DNA from: Oikopleura dioica
Lineage: Eukaryota; Animalia; Chordata
NCBI GenBank assembly: GCA_907165135.1
Contig: OU015570.1
Coordinates: 124,001-188,000, forward strand
Reading direction: 5' to 3'
DNA: 64,000 bases
Under the pieces are notes generated by a model. That model saw only the letters and a list, made by a program, of their open reading frames with translations, was not told where the DNA came from and ran no database searches. Position numbers and translations under genes: made by a program. Shown here one piece after another: positions 10,900 to 22,070 of this stretch. How positions within the stretch are numbered: the first letter of the stretch is position 1; the number at the start of each line of letters is the position of its first letter.

Positions 10900-11813
10900 A
10901 TGTTCACGACAGCCGAATTGATTCAAACAGTTGAAGAAATGGGAACAAAGATTTTGAGGCATCAAACACAGAAAAGAAGCGAGCCATCGAGATTTACAAA
11001 CAAGCATTGGAGGACAAAGAACACAGATGCAGAAGAAGACGAGTAGAATATGTGGCTGCTGCAACCTTGTTCATAAGCCTCCGGGAAAATAATAAGATAA
11101 TCACCCTCAGAGACTGTTATGATAAATGCAAGGGAATGAACAACCGAACGATCTCGCAGACATATGAATTCTTGAAAAGCAAACTTAGGGAAATTGGAAG
11201 TGGAGAATACCAAGCCCTCAAAGCTTCACATTACATAGACCAACATCTTTGTAAACTTTCAACAAGTATATATCGAACAGCAATGAAGATCGCGAAAGAA
11301 GTGGATGATCCTTCAGTAAAATCTTCACGAAAAGCAAAAGCTGCTGCGTGTATCTTTTACGCATACAAACACTCTGAAGTGCCAAAATCGATGAGCTTGA
11401 TAGCGAAACTAACAGAGTGCCCTCAGTCGACTATTGCAAGAAACATCAAACACATAAAATCGAAGATTTCGATCATACAGCAAGTAGTTCCAAAACAACA
11501 ATCAACAAGAGATGGTCATGAATGCGATCATCAATCATCGAATCAACCGGTTAGAGAAGTCAACAGTTCAACCTCAAATGATATTCCTTTTGTATTCTCA
11601 AATACGCATACGAATCTCCAAAACAGCGATTCAAATCAAACCTATGCCGCCCCAGATTCGATGAAGGATGCCGTTCGAATGTCCGAGAAGACTCTTCTTG
11701 AGCTAAATGTGAGGGAGGGAAGGGTAACGAAAATTCGTTATGTTAAATTTCAGCCCAACACCCAGTATCACCATCTTGGTAAGGATTCTGCTCATCATAT
11801 CCAGAAGTCTTAG
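10900..11813 (+). CDS. TFIIB/Brf-like protein (two cyclin folds, no zinc ribbon); one frameshift near 10950
   Basis: RRVEYVAAATLFISLRENNKIITLRD and RKAKAAACIFYAYKHSEVPKSMSLIAKLTECPQSTIARNIKHI align by eye with TFIIB GR..[23 protein letters not shown] and [43 protein letters not shown]; upstream frame MFTTAELIQTVEEMGTKI supplies helix 1. Confidence 0.85.
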
Positions 11814-12071
11814 GCATGCCGAACCTACTTCATATCCGCCGGCAATTGGGAAGAAAAATTTTAGTGTAACCGTCATTTAGCAATTGTTTATTATGTCATG
11901 ACCGAATCTCATCGTTTTGGAGAATAAAAAAACCGTGAAAATTAACCTCAAAAGCAGTCGAAACATGTTGTATCTGCTTACCGAAATACTTAAGAAACTG
12001 GATCTTACTTATCGAGCATGGAACTTTCAACCTGAATTAACAATTTATCCAAAGTGTTAATTGACGAAGTT

Positions 12072-12079
12072 GGGGAAAG
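12072..12079 (+). promoter_or_regulatory. Polypurine tract
   Basis: GGGGAAAG directly before the 3' LTR TGTT. Confidence 0.75.
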
Positions 12080-12479
12080 TGTTATAGTATGACTATAACG
12101 TATATGCATTCTGATAAGCCTACAGAAACTATGCAATTTCAAACCATAGTTACTATGCATAAGAAGTTCATGGTCACCTCGAGAATCTCACTCACTCCTA
12201 CTACTTGGTATCTTTGGAGGGGTTTTCGGAGCTGCTCACGGAAAACCGTCGGAGCTGCCGACGGAAATCCGTAAGAAATTATGGTTTTGGCGGACTATAT
12301 AAACGAAGCAGGCACTTAGAATTGGCATCCGAGTTAGGGGTCACCTTCAGAAAGACCTAACTAAGAGATATCTGTACTATGACTGTACAAGCGCTAGTCG
12401 CGGAATAAAACAGAGCTTTTTAGCTTTTTATACAAATTGTAGTGTTTTCTTATTTGAGACGCAAAGTCGCACTACAACA
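12080..12479 (+). repeat. 3' LTR (400 bp)
   Basis: TGTTATAG...CTACAACA, direct repeat of the 5' LTR. Confidence 0.95.
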
Positions 12480-12582
12480 CCATAATACCTCTGACCGCAT
12501 CGTGCAAGTACGGCTTCGTGTAGGTTATTTTGATGTACAGTCTTTTTCTGTAGTGTAGCCGTAAAACGGAGTCCGCCCAAAT

Positions 12583-13700
12583 CAGAGTTTGAAATTTTCG
12601 TGACTCGCGAGCGGCTCACTTGAGAGCGAGCGAGCACGAGCATGATGCTCTTTGTGCTCCCGAGCACATTTATTTCATCGTTCGCGCTCTTTGCGCACGC
12701 GAGCGCATTTCATTTCGCGCTCTCGCTCTCTTGGCTCTCGAGCACTGGTCGAATTGTGCTCTTGCTCGATCGGCTCTCGAGCTGAAAAAATGACTCGCGA
12801 GCAGCTTTCAAGGGCTTTAAATGATTTGGCGGCCCCATGACTAATTCCATATGAGTCCCTGTCACAGGAATAAGCACCTCGCGGTGGGCATGTTTTATCT
12901 GTTTACTCTCGTCTTTTCGCATTCTGCTGTCGAGATTACGGACCTAGTGAAGCTTACACAAAACTGAAAACAACAAAAATAAAATAGGTGGTGGTCTAAA
13001 CTTTGAAGTTCTTACGTGCGATAAGAACTTCGTGTGGCCTAAACTTTGATCGTTCCCATGTGTGATTCTTTGAGAAAGTGGCCTAAACTTTGAATTTCCC
13101 CGGAGGCACTTCTGCCATCGGTGACTAGAGCACCGCCCGCTAAGGCCACTACGCTTTATGCAGACCAATAAGGTTTACGTTTTTCATTCAAGGTGATGAC
13201 ACACATAGAACTAGTCAGAGCGCCTCAGGGGAAATTCAAAGTTTAGACCACTTCCACACATAGGAAGAATCAAAGTTTAGGCCACTTTCTCAAAGAATCG
13301 CACATGGGAACGATCAAAGTTTAGGCCACACGAAGTTCTTATCGCACGTAAGAACTTCAAAGTTTAGACCACCACCTATTTTAGATCCTCAAAGAAATTA
13401 ATTTATCAAAGCGAATAATTATGCGAAAAATTATTCTTTTAATTTTGCTCGCGAGCCGCTCGTGAGTCAATTCCATGGCGAGCACGAGAGCAGCCGCTCC
13501 CGCTCGTCTTGCTCCCGAGCATTTCTGACATATGCGCTCGTGCTCTCTGCGCTCGCGAGCGTGTTCAAATTTGGGCTCGTGCTCTTTTGGCTCTCGAGCC
13601 GACTCATTTTCATGCTCTCGCTCCCCTGCTCTCAGATCAATGATAAATTTTTGCTCTCGCTCTTTTCGCTCGCGAGCATTTGCGAGCATTTCAAACTCTG
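12583..13700. mobile_element. hAT-like MITE with GCTCGCGAGC-rich arms
   Basis: TIR CAGAGTTTGAAAT; 8-bp TSD GCCCAAAT at 12575-82 and 13701-08. Confidence 0.9.
12980..13383. mobile_element. Foldback MITE nested in the hAT MITE
   Basis: About 135-bp near-perfect inverted arms with repeated GG(T/C)CTAAACTTTGA. Confidence 0.85.
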
Positions 13701-14366
13701 GCCCAAATGGCTTAGTTTTCCAAGATACTCGCCTCGTACTTTTTTAGTTGGTTCAAAAGCGAGTCTTCCATGATTTAAAAAGCTGTTTTTCGGAACCGTG
13801 CATGAGGCGCGCGTCGTTTTTCAAAAGCTCGAGGACTGCGTTCATGTCTCTTTCGAGCACATGCGGATTCGTTGCAATGTAGAAATAGGGAAAGTTGTAT
13901 CAGCAGTCAATCTTGTACCGACCAAGCTGTATGCGGTCTATGTTTTTTATCTAAAGTAATTTTTAGTGATCGCTCTTTTTAGCGCAAAAACCTTGGTAAT
14001 CGCCTTGTGTTCCTTTTCTAGTGGCGGCAAATCTTTTTATATCAGTGGCGGGATCCATGTCAGACAGAAGCATCGAGACGTGGTTGAACTCGTCGTATTT
14101 CCTCTTTTTGTTTCTCGTCACCATCGACTATTCTTGCTGATCGTTTGACGATGCTACGTTGGAATCTTTTTTCTTGCTCGAGCTTCTCAACTGAAAAATT
14201 AAAGTTTAAGTTTCAGTTACTAGCAGCTGCCAACCTACTGCCAGTTCGAAAGATATTAATTTCTTTCTAAAGTTTTCTTTCTAGATCCACAAAAACAACG
14301 CTTATGATCCACACTCGCTCCCGAGACCTATATTATTCAATTTTTTCATCAGAAGAATGTTTTTAA

Positions 14367-14890
14367 GGGGGCCACAATTATAACGGGCAAATTCTTCCCG
14401 CGGCCCACAATTATAACGCGTTCAATATTCTTCCCTGGACTCACTCACTGAATCTCCAGAAAATTTCATGAAGACTGGTACCAAAATAAATCACGCATAA
14501 GTACTTATTTTAGCGAGACAGCTTACGGAAATCACGGTTTTTGGTCTATTTTTGGCAAATTTGAGGAAAATCAATGGTGGTTGGTTCCGGCCGGAAGTGT
14601 CGTGGTACTGATCTTTTGGTACCATTCTTCATGAAATTTTCTGGAGATTCTTTTGGTACTGGTTTAGTACCGATTCGATAACAAAAATAGTACCGAAATT
14701 CAATACCGGAAGTTTGGTACCAAAATTTAAAAATCGAATGCGGTACGAATTTTTTCCTCGTAAACTCCATTTTGAGCCGTCAACCACTTCCGTATCATAT
14801 TCCATTCAAAAGTTATTGAATTGCAACCTAAAAAAACGCGTCTTAGTGAGTCCAGGGAAGAATATTGAACCCGTTATAATTGTGGCCCCC
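14367..14890. mobile_element. MITE with GGGGGCCACAATTATAACG TIRs
   Basis: Inverted arms of about 45 bp; TTAA/TTAT flanks; left end partly doubled. Confidence 0.75.
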
Positions 14891-14914
14891 TTATTTTCTC
14901 AGATATCGTCTCTT

Positions 14915-15595
14915 GAAAGTAAAGCATTGCCCGGGAAAAAGATGTCTCTACCCCCTTTGACATCTTTTGGCCACCCCTTGGCGCTGTTGTCTCAGCCAAA
15001 AATGTCCTCAGCGCTTTCCCACTTTTGACCAAAGCAATGGCGGAACTAAATAAATACTATTTTGGTGGTGTTTTGTCTAGTTGATGGTGCAAAAGAATAA
15101 GAATTTTTACAAAAAAACAAAAGGGTAAAAAAAGAAAAAAGGGGTGGAGGGCGCCCAGGTTCACAATTGTGTACCCGGTTCACAATTTATATTTCTTATA
15201 TAGGTTTTTATAATTTTTTAGTTAAGTTTACAGTCGTCGAATTATCTCAGGTGCCTGACTCAGGCTTTTTCTATGGTGAAGACCAATTAAAATCAGTTCT
15301 TTCTGTTTTTAAAATTATTTTTATCTTTTAGAAAGCTTTTGAAAGAAAATGAAAATTTTCGATTTTTTCAAAAAATTTTCATAGCGAATCTATATGAATT
15401 TTTTTGTTCCCCGTCGCTTACGTGAAAAAGAAATAAAAAATGCGAGACTTCAGTGAGAGGATTTTTTCGTAAAAGGGAATTCTTCCAGCTGGCTGGTTCC
15501 TCCGCCGCGGAGGCTCCGCGTGGTCCTCCGCTTAATGAAAAATCGAAACACGCCCGCATGGTTTCGCTTATTCGGGCAACCCCTACTTTCATCGA
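14915..15595 (+). mobile_element. Shorter copy of the 3182-4706 element lacking the minisatellite
   Basis: Shares both ends (GAAAGTAAAGCATTGCCCGGG; CCTACTTTCATCG) and the CCTCCGCCGCGGAGGCTCCGCGTGG block. Confidence 0.8.
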
Positions 15596-16572
15596 TATGT
15601 TTCACATGTCGCAAAGAGTCTTTTAAAAAGACTGTTTTAAACTTGGTTTGACTTTAAAAATTTAAAAAAGTATCGAAATTGGCAGTTTATGGTAGTCACT
15701 TGGCAGTGGCAGTTGCAATTTAAAAAAGCTGGCAGTCGCTTGGCAGTGCGCTATTTTCTTTCAGATTTCGAACTCTGCTTGTCGGTTTTTTCAAAAATAA
15801 ATCTTAATTGGGCGAAACTAAATCGAGAACCTCAAGTGTCTTATTGGCAATAAGTTATTGCGGATAGAAAATGTTTAACGAAATGTAGACAGCCTTCGCG
15901 CTATTGTATATTTCTCTTAACACTAACATCGGCGCCGCTTATCCGATTTTCTGCCCTTTTGCTTCTCTAGCATTTTGTCCATCTAGAATGATTTTTGCGG
16001 TTCAATTATTATTTTCAATGATGAAACGATGAATTTCTAGAAAGAAGGAATAGACCACAATATCAGCAAAATTTCAGGAAAGCTGCAATGAGCGCTTCAC
16101 GAAAATTAAATTCTAGTGTTCACCCGCTTCAGGGTATGTTTTATTGATTGCCATCACATGTTTCCGAGGAGTTATCCTGCCAAGTTTTTCTCATTTTTGA
16201 ATTCTAATATTTTCATTTATCATACTCATCATTGTATCTTCTTCTCGCATCTTCTTTTAATGGCGATTAATTTGATAAAATTTAAATCAGGTTAAATGTT
16301 CGAAATTTTTGATAAAATGACTATTTTCTCAGGCGCGCCAGTTTTGAAATCTAGAAAGAAACAGATTTGCGCGCTACAGACAAATACAGTGGTTTTCCAA
16401 GATAAGAGGACCCGAAATAAGAGGACTTTTGCGAAAGTTTGGCTTATTTTGTTATCTGAAAAATTCGAAAATAAAAGGATTTTATTATTATACAATAAGA
16501 GAATTGTAACGTCAATGTGCATCTTTAAAAAATCGCGGTATTTTACCCATTTTCCCACTAAATATATGGAAT

Positions 16573-17641
16573 CAGGGGTCTGGATTTTGGCCAAAAATGA
16601 AAAGCGAAAGCGAAGCGAAAGCGAAAATTTTTCAAAAATTAAAAGCGAAAGCGAAGCGAAGCGAATGAAAATTTCGTGAGCGAAAGCGAAGCGAAGCGAA
16701 GCGAAAAATTTTTCTAAAAAGCGAAAAAATGCGAAAATTTTCCGGAAATATTTAACCTTTGAAAAAGTGTCCATTTTATGTATGGTTTCATTTTTATTAG
16801 TGACGCCCGGATCGGTGCTGGAGATGCCAAGATTGATTGACGTCTGAAAAGCAAGGATCGAAATTTTTGAAGCCGGGATTGAAGATGGTGATGTCAGGAT
16901 CAGGGTCTAGAGTGAACAGCGATTTGAAAATCCTGTTCACTGTTCACTCAGTGAACAGAGTGAACTGTTCACTCTGCCCGAAATCCGGAAAAATTATTTT
17001 TTTTTGCAAAATTTTTAAAGTCAAACTAGATTATTTTCAAGCTAACAAACACTAATAAGTCTCAAAAGAGACGTTTTTAGTAGTGAGACGATAATAAATC
17101 GTCTCTTCCGATACATATTACTGTAAAGTGTTTTCTCGTCATGATTTTTTTTTAAGAATACATTCTAGAACAAAATTGTTGCTTTTCCACCACAATTTTC
17201 TGCTGAAATTTTGAGTCGACAATAACAAATCTGCTCTAGAATTTGTCAAAACCCGGTGAGAGAAGAGAGTGAACAGTTCACTGTTCACTCTTCTTTTCAA
17301 AATGCTGTTCACTGTTCACTCTAGAGTGAACAGAAATTCAGAATTTCTGTTCACTGTTCACTCTAAGAGTGAACAGAGAGAACAGTGAACAGTGAACAGC
17401 TCACTCTGTTCACTCTGAGTGAACAGCAAATTTCGAACCCTGGTCAGGATTGATTGTCGGGAGGCCAATATATGAAGTTATAAGATCAATCGATTTAAAT
17501 TATAATACATCGCCGTTTGTCCAATTCGCCGATTCCTCAAGTTGGACAAACAGAGATCTTGGGCAAACGGCGACTCAGGAAAATGGAGACCACTCCATTC
17601 GGACTCCCTCTCCGATTTTTCAAAGCGAATCCAGACCCCTG
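16573..17641. mobile_element. hAT-like element of the CAGGGGTCTGGA family with nested insertions
   Basis: TIRs at both ends; ATGGAAT duplicated at the flanks. Confidence 0.8.
16901..17442. mobile_element. hAT MITE with dense GTGAACAG/CTGTTCAC subterminal motifs
   Basis: CAGGG...CCCTG ends; 8-bp TSD GTCAGGAT. Confidence 0.9.
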
Positions 17642-17883
17642 ATGGAATAATAAATGGAATATATGGAAATATGGAATAAATGGAATACCAGTTAATCAAG
17701 GGCTATCCATAAATGTATTATTCGGAACACGCATGTTATGTCCCCGAATGTCCCGAATGTCCCCGATTTTGTTTTTTATAAAAAGTTTTATAAAAATTTG
17801 TCCGAACGAGCGAAAATTGCGTGGGCGGCCCTGATTGTCTAGTCACTCAAAAAAGATAATCATCATGCCATTGGTAAACATTT

Positions 17884-18288
17884 CGGGAGACACTGACGCC
17901 GGCCGCCCCCAGCCGCCCAGACTGACGCCGGCCGGTCCATTTTTTAAAAAATTTCAAATCTATTTTACCTATGTGAAATGATAATTTATTGTACAAAAAC
18001 ATTTTGAGTTATGGACCATAACTTATGGAACGATTTTTTTATGATTTCCATGGTATTACGTTGAATTTAGGTGATCTGGCGGCCCTTTCGCGCGCATTTT
18101 CTGGTAGAAAACTCATTGTGTTGGCGGGGCCCAACTCTCGCTCTACCTCAGAACGAATATCGGACCATTTCGATTTTACGAAAAACATAGTTTCTAGAAT
18201 GTTTTTGTCTGACGCCGGCCGGTCCGAAGGGGGATGTTTTCAAAAAGCGGCCGGGGGCGGCCCTGGGCGGCCGGCGTCAGTGTCCCCG
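17884..18288. mobile_element. MITE with GACACTGACGCCGGCCG TIRs
   Basis: Inverted ends; AACATTT(C) duplicated at the flanks. Confidence 0.75.
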
Positions 18289-19080
18289 AACATTTCTGTT
18301 CTAGAAGAATTTACCAAATCATGCCTTAACAGTAGAAGGCGCGAAAAAGATGTGTGGCCTGTCAGATCAAGGAATTTTCTGCCATAAATTGCGCGGAGCG
18401 CTTTCATCTCCCTAAATTTCATCATTTTAAATATTTTCGCGCATTTATCAGCCGAAAACGGTCATTTTAAGTAATCAGGGTAATCACGTTAATTTTCAAG
18501 ATGGGTAGGGGAAATCACTAATAATTTAGCTTTTTCTAGCTTAAAAGGGTGGGAGTAAAATACAGTTTTAGAATCTTACTTACTTACTTTCAGTAACCCT
18601 AACTAACCCTAGCCTATCCCCCTCGGGTAATTTGTTCCGTCATTTTTGCAGGTGCCCCTAACCCTAACCTTTATTTTAGCAAAATTTTAGCAAGATTACG
18701 TTTTTATCATCGGCTTACTTCATTTTTGCGAAATAAAGAATGAACCCAGAGATGATCTTCTGAATATGAGAACAGAAAATAGCTCGAGATTTTTGAGGTG
18801 AAAATTGATAAGGCACACTCATTGAATGCACATACCAGCGCAAATCAGGATGATAATGGAAAAACCTACCGAAATTTTATTGCTCAAAAGACATCAAATT
18901 CTGATTTTTGTTTCGGCTCGTACCGAAATATTTTTCCTAAAAACGGGTCTTATTTGTATAATTCTTTCGGCTGCCTGCCGAAATATTTATCATATTTGAC
19001 CCCTCGAAAGTGATTTATATTTCGGTCGCTTTTACCGAAACATTTTTCCATACTACGCGAGATCACCCCCCACTATCAAT

Positions 19081-19197
19081 TAAAGAGTCATGGGCGGCTC
19101 CGGGCAAGAGTGATCTCCCCTCCGAGAGAGGGATGAGGTGCAGGGCCGTACTCAGCAGCGCCGGGGGTCTATCCGACGCTGCGGCACTTCCCCACAC
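19081..19197. repeat. GC-rich structured dispersed repeat (candidate SINE or ncRNA-derived)
   Basis: Near-identical to 20112-20227; two clear hairpins. Confidence 0.8.
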
Positions 19198-20111
19198 TCA
19201 CCCTCCTCACGAAGTGAGAAGAGCTTTATTGAAAATTTTCTTCAGTTAATAATTTGTGTAATCAGTATTTAGAACAGTCGAACAAAATACAGTTTCAATT
19301 AGGAACAGAAATTATAATCAAGTTCTTCTCAGGCAAATTTGTCGTCTAAAATTGAGACTCTCAATCGTGATTGAAATGTATAATGATGCGATGGGAAATT
19401 CACATATGACGCGTCCCATCATATCACTGTTTGACGTGACGTCGTGTGAACAGACAAAGGTTTGTCTTCTGATAATTATAATGATAAAGATTGTCTGGCT
19501 GACATCTCGTCTTTCCAACAAAATAAATTTCTTCTGACATAAAACTGCAACGATTTCAAGTGATCCTCTTCTCCACTGATCCACTTTTCTCCACTGATCG
19601 TCTCTTAGCAGCTACCGAATCTCTTCTTGTCTTCTTTAATATTTTCAATCTTCTTTCAAAAATACATTTTCATCTTAACAGGCCAATATCTTCACACGAA
19701 GCTCCAATCGAATTGAAAACAAAATATCTTGACCATCGGAAATTATAAGCAAATTTATAATTTGAAATCCAACCAAATAAAATAATTCCAATTTGTCCGC
19801 CATAAATCTCATCAATAAAGAATAAAAATTTCTAATTTATCCATTTCAGGGTCCCCATAATTGGCGAGGCTTCAAAATTCCAGAATAAAGATACAATAAG
19901 TTCCAATTTTTTCAATATTTCTGAGTCCAACGGCGGTCAAAAAATCGTATCCATTGATAATTTAGATCCAATAATTAATCGAAAACATCCAAAAATTCTT
20001 ACGGTTAAAAGCGGCGAGCGGTCGATTCTCTCTTACAGCAGCAAGGCAAAAAGGATTTTTAAACCCAATCATCTTTCCTGGGATGTGAGATCTTTCACTT
20101 CAGTTCACCAG

Positions 20112-20227
20112 TAAAGAGTCATGGGCGGCTCCGGGCAAGAGTGATCTCCCCTCCGAGAGAGGGATGAGGTGCAGGGCCGTACTCAGCAGCGCCGGGGGTC
20201 TATCCGACGCTGCGGCACTTCCCACAC
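20112..20227. repeat. Second full copy of the GC-rich structured repeat
   Basis: Same orientation and near-identical to 19081-19197. Confidence 0.8.
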
Positions 20228-20753
20228 AATAGTCAAAATGATCCCCAGCTTCTGAAGATTCTAAAACTGTATTATACTCCCACCCTTTTAAGCTAGAGAA
20301 AAAGCTAAATTATTAGTGATTTCCCCTAAAGATGGGGGATGTTTTTATTTTTTGAGAAAAATGGCGGGGACATTCGCGACATTGGGGACATTCGGGGACA
20401 TTGGGGAGAGGCCGGGACATTCGGGACGTTCGGGGACATAACATGGGCCTATAAAATTACGATAATAAAATCGAATTTCCCTCTTACCACCCCCTATCTA
20501 CAAGACAATGAACCCTTTCTCCATTATCGGTCGAAATTGAAATCATTAGAATGGTCTTTCGAATTCTTACAAAATTTCTTTTAAAAAATACTATTGTACG
20601 AGTTCAATTCCGGCGAGTGGCAACGCTGAAATCCGATACAGTTATTTTAAATAACTTATCTTCCTCTTTGTGGACATGTTTGTCCCAAATTTTTATAAAT
20701 ATGTCCACACAAGTGGGCAAGAGTCTTCAAAAATCTCCCACCGGGGGCCTTAA

Positions 20754-21444
20754 GGGTAGAACATGAAATCGGCGCGCGGCGCCTCGCTCGCCCAGGGCCT
20801 CGCCGTGCCCTACTTTTAAGATTCCCTAGAATTGGAACGGATAAAGGTTTTCGAAAATTTCTTCGGATTTCAGAAAATCAAAGCCTTTTCTTTTTCAAAT
20901 CAAAAATGAACAGAATCGTCAAAGAACAAGTCGGAGAAAATGACATGAGTTGGTTAAACTCTATCTCCTCTCGCAATTCTTATCCGATTTTTTCGAATTT
21001 AAATAGATCAAAAGTGCTCCGTTAGACCTAAAATTTCGTAATCTCAGAATTAATTTTGTAGCTCTATGGAATTTTATATGAGCTTTTGAAATAAGAGCTT
21101 CACCGTCGTGAGGCGCGCAGCGTGAGAGAAGAAGCGGCGCGGCGTGAAAGCACTTGTTTTGATAAGCCGTGTAGAGTTTAAGGAAGCTTCAAAATTAATT
21201 CTGAGCACGTTCGACCTATTTAAATTTGAAAAGATCGGATAAGAATTGCGAGAGGAGATAGAGTATAACCAAATCATGTCATTTTCTACGATTTATTCTT
21301 TGACAATTCTGCTCATTTTTGATCTGTGAAAAGTAAAGGCTTTGATTATCTGAAATCCAAAGAAATTTTTGAAAAGCTTTATCCCTTCCGATTTTAGAGC
21401 ATTCTATAAAGTAGGGACGGCGAGCCGCTGGTAATGTTCTACCC
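20754..21444. mobile_element. Kolobok-like MITE (TTAA|GGG)
   Basis: TTAA|GGGTAGAACAT...ATGTTCTACCC|TTAA. Confidence 0.8.
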
Positions 21445-21794
21445 TTAAAATTATTTTTCGATGAAATTTGTCTTCGAAAATAGCTACTTTCATCGTCGAA
21501 ACGCATTCTTTTAAGTTGTTTTACAATTTTCGGTCAATTAAACTGTATAACTTATACACTATAAGTTTAAGTCTATAACTTATTCAGTATAAGCTATAGA
21601 TATCTTATAAACTTTATAATATAAAGATAAAATAAAAAAACTTTTTGCAGCAGAAAAATCACACTATCCGCTCTTATGCTCATCAGAAAGAGCGTGAAAA
21701 ACTAAGTAGAATATTTCTTATTTACGTGGGTATTTTCTAGAGCATTACGTCACAAATGACGTCAGAAGTCTCTAAAAAGCTAAACCTGTGAGTC

Positions 21795-22070
21795 CAGAGT
21801 TCCAAAAACACAAAATTTCCGCGTGCGTGCGCGTGCGGAGAAATTTAGAAAAACCGAAAATTTTATGCATTTAAATCGACTCCAGAAATTTTTTGACATA
21901 ACTGACCTAAAACCGCCAAATTTTCTAGGATTTCGAGCACGCGCACGATCACGCACGCGTGCGCAATCTCAATTTTCGCGTGCGCGTGCGCACCAATTTT
22001 CAAAATCTGCATGCGAGTGCGTGCGCAAGCGCACGGACGCCATCGCCCGCAAGCGTGTTTTGGAACTCTG
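21795..22070. mobile_element. hAT-like MITE with GCGTGC repeats
   Basis: TIR CAGAGTTCCAAAA; decayed 8-bp flanks TGTGAGTC/TTTCAGTC. Confidence 0.7.

Larger units (their letters stand above)
4781..12479 (+). mobile_element. Non-autonomous (pol-less) Ty3/gypsy-type LTR retroelement with cargo genes
   Basis: Two 400-bp LTRs TGTT...AACA, PBS, PPT and gag-like ORF; CCA duplicated at the flanks; no protease, RT, RNase H or integrase motifs seen. Confidence 0.92.

Noticed and set aside
16901-17442. Regularly spaced GTGAACAG motifs as a regulatory or CRISPR array
   Set aside because: Fully enclosed by hAT termini and an 8-bp TSD; these are subterminal MITE repeats
19081-19197. Call as tRNA, 5S rRNA, snRNA, HDV-like or hammerhead ribozyme
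   Set aside because: No cloverleaf, clear A/B boxes, Sm site or complete catalytic consensus could be matched by eye; kept only as a candidate structured repeat
17724-20445. One 2.7-kb composite element bounded by GACATTC arrays
   Set aside because: The ends resemble the GG..CC family and there are internal inverted repeats (about 18500-18580 and 20255-20330), but no TSD could be matched
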